A stretch of 64,000 nt of DNA from an uncultured Chloroflexia bacterium (GTDB lineage Bacteria > Chloroflexota > Limnocylindria > Limnocylindrales > CSP1-4). The notes under the pieces were generated by a model. The model saw only the letters and a list, made by a program, of their open reading frames with translations. It was not told the origin of the DNA and ran no database searches. Each line of letters opens with the position of its first letter. The first letter of the stretch is position 1. Shown here piece by piece: positions 10,336 through 20,861 of the stretch. The stretch is taken from positions 1,728,137-1,792,136 of the forward strand of contig CAWFXA010000002.1 in NCBI GenBank assembly GCA_963819655.1, read 5' to 3'. A program made the position numbers and the translations under genes.

Positions 10336-11883
10336 CTACTGGCCGCAAGCTGTGGGCTCGTGCGGCTCGACCCGGAGTACCTGTCGGGTGACCACCGCGG
10401 ATGGTCCGCCCTGGGCGACCCGGACGGTGAGGAACGGCTCGATACGGAAGGCCGCCCGCGTCGCCGGAAGGTCGCGATCCCTGAGCCGAAGGATGAACAC
10501 GGGACGCTCGCAGACCAGCGACTCGATCCGCCGCTCGCGAGTGGCCCATCCCTCGTAGACGATGTTCGTGTCGTCGACGATAAGGACGTCAGGTCGGCGA
10601 CCAAGGACGTATCGCGCGTGCCACAGCGGCGTGGATACGTCCCATTCGGTCAGGATCACCGCGTCTGGCGGCAGCGCGTCGAGGACCGCGTCGACGAACG
10701 TCTCGGCACTTCGATCGCTGCTTCGATCCGATGCCTGCCAGTTGGTCACCGCGAGGCCGATGGTGAACACCAGAGCGATCGCGCCGACAAGCCTGCCGGG
10801 GTCGAGTCCTCGTGGCCAGGCCTGCCGCGTGGCCAGGGCACGTGCGGCCGCCTCGATGGCGACTCCCGCCCCGATCGCCAGCACGAGCCAGGGTACGAGG
10901 AGGTAGTGCTCGAGGCGCAGGTAGGTCGCCCAAAAGTAGACATGCGCCGACATGATGGCAACGCACAACAGTGCGAATGCCGGTCGCTGGCGGACGAGCA
11001 CGACCAGACCGAGGAAGCCGAGGATCGGCATGACCGGTGTTGCCCGGTCCGCGAGCACCCGCCAGAGCGCGGTCAGCGACCCCTGGAGATCGAGCAGTCC
11101 GCTCGTCGACAGGAACCCGAACTGATCGCGGAACTGGGTCCCGCCGACAAGCCATAGGACCGCGTCGAGCGTCACCGGGTGGTTGTACGAGAGTGGTGGC
11201 GACGAGGACGCGGCGAGGGGTATGTACAGGTAGGTGGCGAGACCCACGAGTCCCGCCGCGGCGGCGGCCAGCAGCATCGTTGGCCTGGCGACGATCTCAC
11301 GCCGCCCGACCCAGAGGACGAAGAACGCCAGGCACGGCGCCACGAACACCGTCAGGAGGTGATTGCCGAGGGCCAGCCCCAACAGGAGCGCGCCGATGAG
11401 GAGATCACGGAGCGATCGGCGCTCCTCCCAGAGGAGGGCGCGGTGGAGGAGCAGGGCCACGAACAGCAGGTGCAGCGGGTTGACCTCGGCAACCGTCGCT
11501 GCGGACCAGACGGTCCGGACGGCTCCCAGCGACAGCGCCGCGGCGACGGCGATGAGGGGGCGGGCGCCAAGGCGGAGGAGGATCGAGACGGTGACGGCGA
11601 GAGCGCCCGAGACGAGCACGGCCGACAGGAGATTTGCCCGGAACGCGATCGACCCGAGCGGAACCAGCTGCGCGAGCCAGGACGCGATGATGTAGGTCGG
11701 GTAGCCCGTCGGATGGGCCACGCCAAGCACGTGCGGGACCGTCTGCATCTCGCCCCAGTCGCCGAAGGCCATGCCAGGCAGCATCGTCCGCGCGTAGACG
11801 ACGAAGGCGATCACGCCAACGATCGCGGGTGGCATCCACCACGGGGCCGAAGCCACGGTGGGGCTGGTCGGTCGCCAGGCCAT
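10336..11883 (-). CDS. DUF2723-family membrane glycosyltransferase
   Basis: GDWGE, LGVAHPTGYPTY, AEV, LGNH motifs; many TMs. Confidence 0.85.
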   Translation of the reverse strand: MAWRPTSPTVASAPWWMPPAIVGVIAFVVYARTMLPGMAFGDWGEMQTVPHVLGVAHPTGYPTYIIASWLAQLVPLGSIAFRANLLSAVLVSGALAVTVSILLRLGARPLIAVAAALSLGAVRTVWSAATVAEVNPLHLLFVALLLHRALLWEERRSLRDLLIGALLLGLALGNHLLTVFVAPCLAFFVLWVGRREIVARPTMLLAAAAAGLVGLATYLYIPLAASSSPPLSYNHPVTLDAVLWLVGGTQFRDQFGFLSTSGLLDLQGSLTALWRVLADRATPVMPILGFLGLVVLVRQRPAFALLCVAIMSAHVYFWATYLRLEHYLLVPWLVLAIGAGVAIEAAARALATRQAWPRGLDPGRLVGAIALVFTIGLAVTNWQASDRSSDRSAETFVDAVLDALPPDAVILTEWDVSTPLWHARYVLGRRPDVLIVDDTNIVYEGWATRERRIESLVCERPVFILRLRDRDLPATRAAFRIEPFLTVRVAQGGPSAVVTRQVLRVEPHEPTACGQ

Positions 11884-11897
11884 GCCCGGAACTCCGC

Positions 11898-12572
11898 CTA
11901 GCGGCGGCGGTCGAGGCCGTCCAGGATCAGGTCGAGGCCGAATTCGAACTCGACGTCATCGTCGCACGCGCCGAGGACGCCGTCGTGACTCACTGACCGG
12001 GCGAGGTCGGTGATGCGCGGGAATCGGTCGGCCATCATGCCGGCGAGGATCGCGTCGTCCTGGGGGCCCGGGCCTGACGCGGCAGCGTCCTCGAAGAGGT
12101 CCTGGCTGAAGCCCAGGATGCGGCTGCCCATGACGTGGATCGCGTGGTGGGCCATCTCGATCGAGAACCCGCCAGCGTGGAGCTTCGCCAGCACCGATTC
12201 GATGTAGGCGAGCATCGTCGGACTGACATTCGTCTGGTCCTCGATGACCCGCGGCGCCCACGGATGGCGTTGCATCACCTGTCGTGCATTCATCACCTGC
12301 TGGCGGAGGGCCGTCTTCCAGGCGCCGTCCGAGGGCACAGGCACGGCCTCGATCTCAGCGAGGATCGCATCGACGAGGCCGTCGAGGACGTCCTCCTTGT
12401 TGCGGACGTGTCGATAGAGTGCCATCGCATCGACACCGAGCTCCTGACCGAGCTTGCGCATGCTGAGGGCTTCGATGCCGCCGCGGTCGGCGAGGTCGAC
12501 CGCGGCATGGAGCACGCGCTCCTTGGTCAGGGGCGCACGAGGCTCGGCTTTCGCTCCTGCCTGGCTCACCAT
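11898..12572 (-). CDS. TetR family regulator (TetR_C type)
   Basis: LSMRKLGQELGVDAMALYRHVRNKEDVL HTH; FEFGLDLILDGL C-terminus. Confidence 0.95.
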   Translation of the reverse strand: MVSQAGAKAEPRAPLTKERVLHAAVDLADRGGIEALSMRKLGQELGVDAMALYRHVRNKEDVLDGLVDAILAEIEAVPVPSDGAWKTALRQQVMNARQVMQRHPWAPRVIEDQTNVSPTMLAYIESVLAKLHAGGFSIEMAHHAIHVMGSRILGFSQDLFEDAAASGPGPQDDAILAGMMADRFPRITDLARSVSHDGVLGACDDDVEFEFGLDLILDGLDRRR

Positions 12573-12605
12573 CTCGATCGATCCACCTCGAACTTGCCCG
12601 CGGCC

Positions 12606-12658
12606 TTGACGCGAGGTCACCGGGCCGCTATGTTTACGCCGTAGTCTACACCGTAGAC
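12606..12658 (+). promoter_or_regulatory. Sigma70 promoter with TetR operator palindromes
   Basis: TTGACG-N17-TATGTT; GTCTAC-ACC-GTAGAC at 12644-12658 plus adjacent TTTACGCCGTAG. Confidence 0.7.
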
Positions 12659-12685
12659 ACGACCCACAGGTCCTGGAGGTTCCCG

Positions 12686-13351
12686 ATGACACAGCAACAG
12701 GCGATCGACACGCCCCGCATGCCACCCCGCTGGGTGATCAAGACCATCTGGAGCCTGCATCGCGCAGCCTACTCGGTCACCGGTGGGAGGTTCGGTCTGC
12801 GGACCCCGTCCGCCGAGCGGTGGGGGATGCTTCGACTGACGACCGTCGGGCGGCGCACCGGCCAGCGACGCGTCGCCATCCTCGGCTACCTGGAGGACGG
12901 CGACAACCTCATCACGCCGGCCATGAACGGTTGGGCCGACCCCGAGCCCGCCTGGTGGCTCAACCTGCAGGCGAACCCGGCCGCGACGGTCGAACTGCCC
13001 GGTGGGCGGCGAGAGGTCACGGCGCGTATCGCCACGGCCGATGAGCGTCCGCGCCTCTGGTCGATGCTCAAAGGGCTCGGCTCGGCGGCCTACACCGATG
13101 CCAGCGCCGCTCTCCGGTCGCGCGAGACCGCGATCGTCATGCTCGAGCCGCGCACTAACCGAGGCAACGCGACCGCGGCGCCTCGCCGCCGGCAACCGCA
13201 TCCCTGCTTGCATTATACCTGCATTAGCAGCATAATGCTGCCATGCCGTCCATCACTGTTCGCAACGTCCCTGCTGATGTGCGCGACGAGCTGGCCGCCC
13301 GGGCCGCTCGCGCGGGTCGATCGCTACAGGAGCATCTGCGCACCGAACTGA
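12686..13351 (+). CDS. Deazaflavin (F420)-dependent nitroreductase (DDN) family protein; true end probably near 13160
   Basis: LTTVGRRTG, PAWWLNLQANP, IVMLEPR; the extension overlaps the TA promoter and looks spurious. Confidence 0.85.
   Translation: MTQQQAIDTPRMPPRWVIKTIWSLHRAAYSVTGGRFGLRTPSAERWGMLRLTTVGRRTGQRRVAILGYLEDGDNLITPAMNGWADPEPAWWLNLQANPAATVELPGGRREVTARIATADERPRLWSMLKGLGSAAYTDASAALRSRETAIVMLEPRTNRGNATAAPRRRQPHPCLHYTCISSIMLPCRPSLFATSLLMCATSWPPGPLARVDRYRSICAPN
13208..13238 (+). promoter_or_regulatory. Promoter/operator of TA operon (probably leaderless transcript)
   Basis: TTGCAT-N17-CATAAT ending 6 nt before ATG; palindrome GCATTA-GCAGCA-TAATGC. Confidence 0.7.
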
Positions 13352-13476
13352 TCGAGCTGGCGCGCAAGCCCTCCGTCGAGGACGTCATCTGGCGCGCTCG
13401 CTCGCGAACGCGCATCACGTCCTCGAACCTGACGGCGGCCCGGATCCTCGATCACCGGGATGCCGACCGCAGGTGA
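13243..13476 (+). CDS. FitA-like ribbon-helix-helix antitoxin
   Basis: MPSITVRNVP...RAARAGRSLQEHL; overlaps the PIN gene. Confidence 0.9.
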   Translation: MPSITVRNVPADVRDELAARAARAGRSLQEHLRTELIELARKPSVEDVIWRARSRTRITSSNLTAARILDHRDADRR

Positions 13477-13871
13477 CCCTGGTGGTCGATGCCAGTGCTG
13501 TCGTGGCCGCGCTGGTGGACGGTGGTCCAGTTGGAGAATGGGCCGGAGCGGAGCTAGCAAGAGGGGGCCTCGCTGCCCCGCACCTGATGCCTGTCGAGGT
13601 GGCGAATATCCTGCGGCGCGCCGCTCTCGCCGGAGAGCTCACAGCCGATATTGCTTCCCAGGCTCACGATGATCTGGTACTGCTTCGGGTGGATCTCTTC
13701 CCGTATGAGCCACATGCGCGGCGTGTCTGGCAGCTCCGGGACAACCTGACCGCTTACGACGCGTGGTACGTGGCCGTGGCGGAGGATCTGGGCGCGCCGC
13801 TCGTGACGCTCGATGGGCGCATCGCTCGCGCACCAGGACCGCGATGCGACGTGCGGTTGCCGCCAGGATGA
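13473..13871 (+). CDS. vapC: VapC-family PIN-domain toxin
   Basis: VVDASAV, EVAN, YDAWYVAVAE, LVTLD motifs. Confidence 0.92.
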   Translation: MTLVVDASAVVAALVDGGPVGEWAGAELARGGLAAPHLMPVEVANILRRAALAGELTADIASQAHDDLVLLRVDLFPYEPHARRVWQLRDNLTAYDAWYVAVAEDLGAPLVTLDGRIARAPGPRCDVRLPPG

Positions 13872-13881
13872 TGACCAAGCC

Positions 13882-13943
13882 CTGATGCACAGATCTTGGC
13901 GTCGGGCGAGGGTTGGTCGACCGATGCGCATGGGCCGCATGAT
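13882..13943 (+). repeat. ~62-bp palindromic intergenic element, copy 5
   Basis: CTGATGCA at 13882, CCGATGCGCATGGGCCGCATGAT at 13921. Confidence 0.85.
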
Positions 13944-13967
13944 GGGTGCCACGGCCTGGAATCGATG

Positions 13968-13993
13968 AAGCCCGGCGGGGTCCGCCGGGCTTC
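13968..13993. terminator. Hairpin between convergent genes
   Basis: GAAGCCCGGCGG-GGT-CCGCCGGGCTTC. Confidence 0.6.
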
Positions 13994-14014
13994 GGTCGAT
14001 CGATCAGTCGAGGT

Positions 14015-14347
14015 CTAGTAGCTGCGCTGCTTCGAGAAGCAGTCGCTGCAGTAGACCGGCTTGGTGCCGTTCGGTCGGAACGGGACCTGCGCCTCGCGGC
14101 CGCAGCTCGCGCACGTCGCGCTGAACATCTCTCGAGGCGCGCGGTCGTAACCGCCGCTCGAGTACCCGCCGCCAGTGGCACCGCCCGCATCGCCGCGCGC
14201 TGCCTTGCGGCTGGCGCGACAGGACGGACAGCGACGCGGCTCGCTGAACTGTCGATCTGCGTAGAACTGCTGCTCGCTCGCGGTGAACGCGAACTCCTGC
14301 CCGCAGTCGCTACAGGTCAAGGTCTTGTCTGTGGTCGTCGAAAACAT
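14015..14347 (-). CDS. Zinc-ribbon / CxxC-x17-CxxC protein
   Basis: CSDC...EQQFY...PRRCPSC and CASC...VPFRP...VYCSDC. Confidence 0.92.
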   Translation of the reverse strand: MFSTTTDKTLTCSDCGQEFAFTASEQQFYADRQFSEPRRCPSCRASRKAARGDAGGATGGGYSSGGYDRAPREMFSATCASCGREAQVPFRPNGTKPVYCSDCFSKQRSY

Positions 14348-14650
14348 GAAAACACTCCATCTCGTGCGGCTTCAGCGAACCTGTCTCGCCGAAACCAGAG
14401 AGGAGTGGTCGTGTTGCCGCGTATCGTTGGCGCTCGAAACCGGCGCCGGTCGACAGTCTAGCAGGTTTCGTAGCCTGAGGCGAACGTGCGTTCGATAGCT
14501 GTGCGCCCGAGAGCGGGACCTTCGGCGGAGCGACCGGGTACCACTCGGGCCGAGTCGTGGCAACCCGATCGCGAGACCATCTGCTTGCTCGCCGATCGGG
14601 TCCGGGGCCGTACGCATTTGCGAGCGTACTCAGGAGGCACGCGCCCCGGC

Positions 14651-15187
14651 ATGTACCAGGAACCGCAAGCCGACGACGTCGAGGTCAAGACGGTCGGGGC
14701 TGGCAACGACGGCCTGCCCGCTGCACCTTCGGGCTGGACCGACCCGCTGACCGGAACGGATGGGCCGCGTCTATGGGATCGAGTCGTCTCGAGTGAGGTT
14801 GCTCGGGTCAGTCGCTATCACCGGCCGGCCACGGTGGTGCTCGTCGACGTCGCGGGCCTTGACGACTTCGCCCGGGCGTGGGGGACCGACGTTGCGGAAC
14901 GGCTCCTAATCCAGCTCGCGCGGACGATGTCCGTGGAAAGCCGCTCGAGCGATCACATCGCGCGGATCGATCGCACACGGTTCGCCATCCTCCTGACGGA
15001 AACCGACGAGATCGCCGCGATCAATTTCGTTGAACGTGTGCGCGCCGCGTGTGAATCCGTGCTCCGCGCGCCGGAGCTCGTGAGGATCGGCATCGGATGG
15101 GCCAGCCCCGCCGGATCGACGGACTTGCGGGCGGCCATCGACGTCGCCGAGGCTCGTGTCGCCGACGAGCTCGAGAAGCCCAGCTAA
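14651..15187 (+). CDS. Degenerate stand-alone GGDEF-domain protein
   Basis: TDPLTG start and GGDEF fold pattern, but active site reads ARIDRTRFAILL. Confidence 0.8.
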   Translation: MYQEPQADDVEVKTVGAGNDGLPAAPSGWTDPLTGTDGPRLWDRVVSSEVARVSRYHRPATVVLVDVAGLDDFARAWGTDVAERLLIQLARTMSVESRSSDHIARIDRTRFAILLTETDEIAAINFVERVRAACESVLRAPELVRIGIGWASPAGSTDLRAAIDVAEARVADELEKPS

Positions 15188-15292
15188 GGCTCGACGCTCG
15201 TCAAGCATGAGAACGGCCCAGCGGCTCGTGAGGGCTAGCGGGACCGTGTTCCCTCGGGTGAGCGAGGCTAGCCCGTGACGTGCCGGCTGACG

Positions 15293-17276
15293 TCAGCGTC
15301 GAGCCGACACCGTGGACGCCGCATTCGTGGCGAATGCGTGCAAGACAAGCTGGTGCCGTCCACCCTTCGGATCGATCGCAACGATCGGTTCGCCGGACGT
15401 CGTGACGTGGCGCCCCGTTCTGTCGGTCACCTCGAAGCGGCCCCCGCGGAGTCGGCGGACACGGATGTCCGGTTTCGGACCTCGAGCGGCAACGATCCCG
15501 GTGACCTGCCTGCTGTCCGGGTCGCGCACGAATTTGATGCCCATGCGCGACCTATGTCCGAGGTTGGCGGTGTGAACGACATCGACCAATGCGACGACGT
15601 ACCCGCGCCTTCGCTCCCGGTACAGGGCGACGAGTCGCCATCAGTACCCCGCCCACCAGCACGACGCCGAGGATGCCGAGGATCGGCTGGAGAAGAGGGT
15701 CGCACTCGACGGCCGATCCGCATGGCATGACGGCATCCGACACCGCCGATGCCTCGCTCATCCCGACGGCATTTGCGGCGTACGCGCGGCAGATGTACTG
15801 CGCGCCGTTCGTCAGGCCACCGATCCGTGCCGTCGTGTCGACCGATCCCACCTCGGCTGCCCGAGACCATGTGACGCCGCCGTCGCCTGAACATTCGTAG
15901 CGGTATGCGGACACGCCCGGCGCGGCAGCCGGGGTGACAATGATCCGCAGCGAGCGGTCCAATGCTTCGACCGATGGCTTCCCAGGCGCCGCCGGTCGTG
16001 CCATCGGCGCGACCGCAGTCGTCGCGGCGTCCACGTCGCCTCAGACGCCGAGCCCACCGCCGCGACCTCGCATTGGTACGTCAGCCCGTTCGTCAGTCCA
16101 TCGACGATGGCTCTGGTCTGGAGCGAGACGACTTCATTCGCCTCGATCCACTCCCCGGCATCGGCGCGGCAGCGGGCCCGGTAGTCGACGACCGGCGCAG
16201 ATGCGGATGTCGCTGACAGGCGGGGCCCAGCTCAAGCGATCGCGCCGTCGCGGGCCGTGAGCTGGATGCCCCGCACGGCGCCGACACTGGGGGCAGGAAC
16301 GGCGGGTAGGCGGCTCGACGGTGAAGGTGCAGGTGGCATTCTGGAGCGCCACCGCGACGGCATTGCCCGCCTCGCCGGGTGACTTGAAGACGACCTGGGG
16401 CCAGTCGAACGTACTCCCGCTGACGCACGGGGGCATGTCGCTGACGACCCGCATGCCGACGAGACCGTTCTCGAGAGCATCGCGCCTCGTCGGGTCGAGG
16501 CCCATGCCGACTGGCAACAGCGCGAACGGCGAGCGGCTACCGAAGAGCCGGTCGCGAACGACTCGTACCTGGCCGGCAGGCACGCCTCGAACGTCATGCT
16601 TGCCGTCGGTGAACAGGATCAGCGCCGGTCGGACCGCGTCCGGCGGAAGGTGCTTCGCCGCTTGGTTCATCGCCGCGACGTAGTTCGTGTCGATCCCGAT
16701 CTTCCGGGTGAGCGCGGGATCGAGCCCTTTCCGGTACGCCCGCGCGACCGATCTCAAACAGCCGGCGAACTGGGCGACGGCCGGCGAGCTGCCGAGGAGC
16801 TTCACATCGGCGCAACTGGGGTAGTCGGCGGCCTTCGCGGCGAACTGGACGATCGACACGGTGGTGTCGCCGGCGATGAGGTCAGACGACGTTTCTTCGA
16901 CCCGATCCGCGATTCGCTCGAGGGCGGCCCCGAAGCGGTTCCGGTCTGCCGGCTCGTCGAGGATCGAGGCCGAGAAATCGAGGACGAGGACGACATCGGA
17001 CGGATCCGGCGCCGGCAGTGCGCGGACGGTCGATATCGGGGCGCCGCCGATCAGCAGCACCGCGATGGCGGTCGTGACGACGGCTCGTCTCCGCCGGTCG
17101 AGGCGACTCAATCCTTGACCCCCCAGTGCGCTCGTGCGGGCAAGCCCCGCCGACCGCTCGTCGTTGGAGCGAAGCCCCAGTGTCCTGTCCTTCGGGGTGT
17201 CGCTGAGGCTTCGCGGTATCGACGATGCATCGCGCGCCCGGTCCCAGCAATACCCGAACGAAAGTACTGGGTGCAT
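15293..17276 (-). CDS. Surface protein with VWA and fibronectin type III domains and a TM segment (several frameshifts; start uncertain)
   Basis: VLVLDFSASI MIDAS, LILFTDG, LSWAPP, GLTNGAQYICRAYAANAVG across ORFs 16134..17276, 15552..16034, 15293..15589. Confidence 0.75.
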
Positions 17277-17369
17277 CTGTGCACCGAGTCGACCGACTGC
17301 TGGCTACCAGCCACGTCGTACCCTGTGGTCAGTCGGGCGCGCGAGCACGGCGAACGGGGGAGCGGGCGA

Positions 17370-18323
17370 ATGCCCAAGCAGATCGTCTACGTCCACGGTG
17401 CCGGACCGCAGAAGCCGGCATCGGCTCTCAAGCACGACATCGACATGGCCCTGTTCGGCACGGACATGTCGACCACCTCGCGCATCGGGTACTACGCGAA
17501 CGTGCGCTGGCCGTCAGCCGCCGCTCCCGCCGGCCCGGCGCTCGCCGCCGCGGTGAGGGGCGCCAGTCGGGCCCGCCGCTCGAAGGCGATCAAGGCAGCG
17601 ACGGATCCCACCCTGAGCGCCAACGACGCCGCGAACGAGATCGTCAACGCCACGCTACGCGGCCCGGGCGCCGGCGCGGCAACAGCCGCCGGGGCCGGCG
17701 TATCGACCGCCGAGATCGCGCAGGCGAAGCGACTCGTCCGGCAGCTCTACCGGACCGCCGACCGCATCGCCGCGCGATCGGCTGCACCCGAACCACGACC
17801 CGGTCTCGCGCTCGGACCGACCTTCCCCGACCCGATCTTTCGGTTCCTGGTCGGCAGGTTCGCGAGCGACGTCATCGACTACCTGTACGGGCCGTTCAAG
17901 CCGCTGATGCAGGCGCCCGTGTTCGACGCCCTCAAGAAGACACCACGACCCAAGGTCGTCCTGGCCCACAGTCTCGGCACGATCATCACGTACGACGTCC
18001 TGACCGACCCGTCGATGACCGGCCTGAGCGACGTCACGCTGGTCACCATCGGCTGCCCGCTCGGCATCGGTAACGTCCAAAACCGGCTGCGCAACGGCGC
18101 CGGCCGACCGAACCCCATCCCCAACGGGATCACGGCGTGGTCCAACTTCGCCGACCGCTTCGACCCGGTCGCTATCGACCAGACGATGCGTGACGAGTTC
18201 GAGCCGCCCAAGAACCTGCCAAGGGATGAGCAGGTCAACAACCCGGCCTCTGACAACCACGAGTTGTTTGGCTACCTGTCCGTCCTGCTGGTCCGCGACA
18301 CCATCGTGGCCGCCGCGCGGTAG
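17370..18323 (+). CDS. Alpha/beta-hydrolase (lipase/esterase-like), no signal peptide
   Basis: VYVHG oxyanion motif, AHSLG nucleophile elbow, TIGCPLG, FDPVA, late His. Confidence 0.85.
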   Translation: MPKQIVYVHGAGPQKPASALKHDIDMALFGTDMSTTSRIGYYANVRWPSAAAPAGPALAAAVRGASRARRSKAIKAATDPTLSANDAANEIVNATLRGPGAGAATAAGAGVSTAEIAQAKRLVRQLYRTADRIAARSAAPEPRPGLALGPTFPDPIFRFLVGRFASDVIDYLYGPFKPLMQAPVFDALKKTPRPKVVLAHSLGTIITYDVLTDPSMTGLSDVTLVTIGCPLGIGNVQNRLRNGAGRPNPIPNGITAWSNFADRFDPVAIDQTMRDEFEPPKNLPRDEQVNNPASDNHELFGYLSVLLVRDTIVAAAR

Positions 18324-18383
18324 AGCACCGATGGAACTCGGCGCCAAGTTCGTTCCGGCCGGGCAGGACGGGAAGTACGGGAG

Positions 18384-19646
18384 GTGTTCCTCATGTCGCG
18401 CGTGATCAGCCAGGATCTGGAAGCGACGGGCGTCGCGCAGGTCATCGTCGTCCTCAAGGCGCCACCGGCAGGCGCCGCCGCGGGCGCAGGTGCGGCGGCA
18501 CGACCGCGGCCTCAGCTGGAGACGCCGTTCAATCTCCAGCGTCACTTTCGGACCTCGGAATTGAGCCAGGACTCTGCGCTTGCTGCATCGACTCTCACGG
18601 CAGCGAACGCCGCCGCGCCGGCGGTTCGCTACTACCCCAACCTTGGCGTCGCTCTTGGAACGGTCGACCGCGCTGGGCTTGCCGCGTTGCGGTCGAGCCC
18701 GGCGGTCGCTTCCGTGCAAGGGGCCCCGAAGTTCAGCCTCATCGCCCCTGAGCGGGTGCAGGACACGAAGCTGACCGTGCAGGAAACGTGGGGCCTCCGA
18801 ACGCTCAAGGCTCCGCAACTCTGGGCGAAAGGTCTGACCGGCCAGGGCATCCTCGTCGGCCACCTCGACACCGGCGTCGACGCCAACCACCCGGCCCTCA
18901 AGGGCGCGGTCGGGGCGTTCGCAGAGTTCGACCCACTGGGCTTCGAGGTGAGTCCGACGCCCGCGGCCCATGACAGCGGCGATCATGGCACTCACACAGC
19001 GGCAACGATCGCCGGTCGACCCGTGCGGGGTCGGCATGTCGGGATGGCCCCGGACGCAACACTGGCATCCGCGCTCGTCATCGAGGGCGGGAACGCGGTG
19101 GCCCGAGTCCTTGGTGGGATGGACTGGGCTGTCGGCCAGAGGGTCAGGATCCTGAGCATGTCCCTCGGATTCCGAGGCTGGTGGCAGGACTTCATCCCGA
19201 TCACCCGGATCCTTCGTCGGCGACAGATCCTCCCCGTCTTCGCTGTCGGTAACGAAGGGCCAGGCACGAGCCGCTCGCCGGGCAACTACTACCAGGCCCT
19301 ATCGGTGGGGGCGATGGACAGGCATGACACCGTCGCTGACTTCTCGTCGAGCCAGGAGTTCCAGCGAAAGCGCGACCCGATCGTCCCTGACCTCGTGGGT
19401 CCCGGGGTCGCTGTGACGTCGGCGCGACCTGGTGGCGGCTGGCAGGAGATGGACGGCACGTCGATGGCCACGCCACACATCGCCGGCCTTGCTGCGCTCC
19501 TCATGCAGGCGCGCCCGAACGCCACGATCTCCCGGGTCGAGCGAGCCATCTTCGACTCGTGCGTGCGCCCGCCGTCCATGACGCCTGATCGAGCCAATCG
19601 AGGTCTGCCGAATGGCCTCAAGGCGTTGGAGCTCCTTCTCCCGTAG
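18384..19646 (+). CDS. S8 subtilisin-like serine protease with N-terminal propeptide, no signal peptide
   Basis: LDTG, HGTH, AVGN, GTSMATPH. Confidence 0.95.
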   Translation: MFLMSRVISQDLEATGVAQVIVVLKAPPAGAAAGAGAAARPRPQLETPFNLQRHFRTSELSQDSALAASTLTAANAAAPAVRYYPNLGVALGTVDRAGLAALRSSPAVASVQGAPKFSLIAPERVQDTKLTVQETWGLRTLKAPQLWAKGLTGQGILVGHLDTGVDANHPALKGAVGAFAEFDPLGFEVSPTPAAHDSGDHGTHTAATIAGRPVRGRHVGMAPDATLASALVIEGGNAVARVLGGMDWAVGQRVRILSMSLGFRGWWQDFIPITRILRRRQILPVFAVGNEGPGTSRSPGNYYQALSVGAMDRHDTVADFSSSQEFQRKRDPIVPDLVGPGVAVTSARPGGGWQEMDGTSMATPHIAGLAALLMQARPNATISRVERAIFDSCVRPPSMTPDRANRGLPNGLKALELLLP

Positions 19647-19704
19647 GAGCGCCCGATGGCGACGGACCTTGTCGCGACGAGTCGCGGCGTAGAGTAGCCA
19701 TCGT

Positions 19705-20115
19705 ATGACCGACCGCCACGCGAAGACAAAGGTCGACCCGGAACTGACTCGCCAGCTCGACGACGTCAGCGCCGACGATGGCCCGGTACAGGCTGTGGTC
19801 TACCTCGAGTCCGCGGAGCGGATGAGCCCGGACGAGGTCTCTGCCGCGGCGCAACGCCTGATCGAGTCCGCGACCTCGAAGGCGGCCACGGCGCCCAGCC
19901 GAGTCAACGTGATGAAAAACCTTGGCATCGTGGCGGTCGAGGCCCCGGCGTCGTTCGTCCGATTCCTCATCGAGGAGCCCGGAGTGGCCTCGGCGATCGC
20001 CAACGTCCAGCCGAGCGCCGATGCGGGGCTTGAAACTCCTGGCGAGCCGTCACGGTCACCGACTGACGAGCAGACGACGTCTCGCCGCGAAGCCGACGAC
20101 AGGGCAACGAGCTAA
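19705..20115 (+). CDS. Stand-alone propeptide-like (I9-like) protein
   Basis: VQAVVYL...NLGIVAVE...EEPGVASA resembles the prodomain of the adjacent S8. Confidence 0.7.
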   Translation: MTDRHAKTKVDPELTRQLDDVSADDGPVQAVVYLESAERMSPDEVSAAAQRLIESATSKAATAPSRVNVMKNLGIVAVEAPASFVRFLIEEPGVASAIANVQPSADAGLETPGEPSRSPTDEQTTSRREADDRATS

Positions 20116-20164
20116 CCCGTCGATTCCTGACGACTTCGCCAGACCACGCTATCCTCCGGCGGCC

Positions 20165-20861
20165 GTGCGACTGCTCATCGTCGAGGACGAACTCGACCTC
20201 GCCACTGCTCTTGCCACCGGGTTGCGCCGCGAAGGCTATGCGACCGACACCGCCTCGACTGCCGCCGAGGCGCGCGAGCGCCTTCAGGACACACCGTATG
20301 ACGTCGTGTGCCTGGACCTCGGCCTGCCCGACGGAGACGGTCGCGAGGTCTGCCGCGAGATACGCGCCGGCGAGCTGGTGCTACCTGAAGCCACGCCACC
20401 GCGCGTCCTGATGCTGACCGCCCGGGACCGTCTCGACGATCGAGTGGGCGGCCTGGACGACGGTGCCGACGACTACCTGGTCAAGCCGTTCAGCTTCGTG
20501 GAGCTCGCGGCACGGGTTCGCGCCCTCGCACGCCGCCCGACGATCAACGGTGGGGCGACGATCCGGCTGGGGAGCCTCGAGCTCGACGCCGCGCGGCACG
20601 ATGCCCACCGCAACGAACAGACGTCTCGACCTGACGCCCAAGGAGTTCGCGCTCCTCCGCTACTTCATGCTGCATCCGAGCGAGGTCCTGACACCGGAGC
20701 GTCTGCTCGAGCACGTCTGGGACGATCGCGCCGACCCGTTCACGAACACGGTCCGGGTCACGATCAGCAACCTCCGCCGCAAGCTTGCCGAGGCGGGCCC
20801 CGGGCAGCCCATCGAGACGGTCGTCGGGGTGGGCTATCGCCTCGTCGAGGGCGACGGATGA
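20165..20861 (+). CDS. OmpR-family response regulator (frameshift near 20620)
   Basis: LLIVEDE, LDLGLPDGDG, GADDYLVKPF, LTPKEF, IETVVGVGYR. Confidence 0.93.

Noticed and set aside
16596-17369. N-terminal extension of the 575-aa ORF (and likewise 34758-35504 of the 1431-aa ORF)
   Set aside because: They overlap real genes and lack motifs; better starts are at 17370 and 35505
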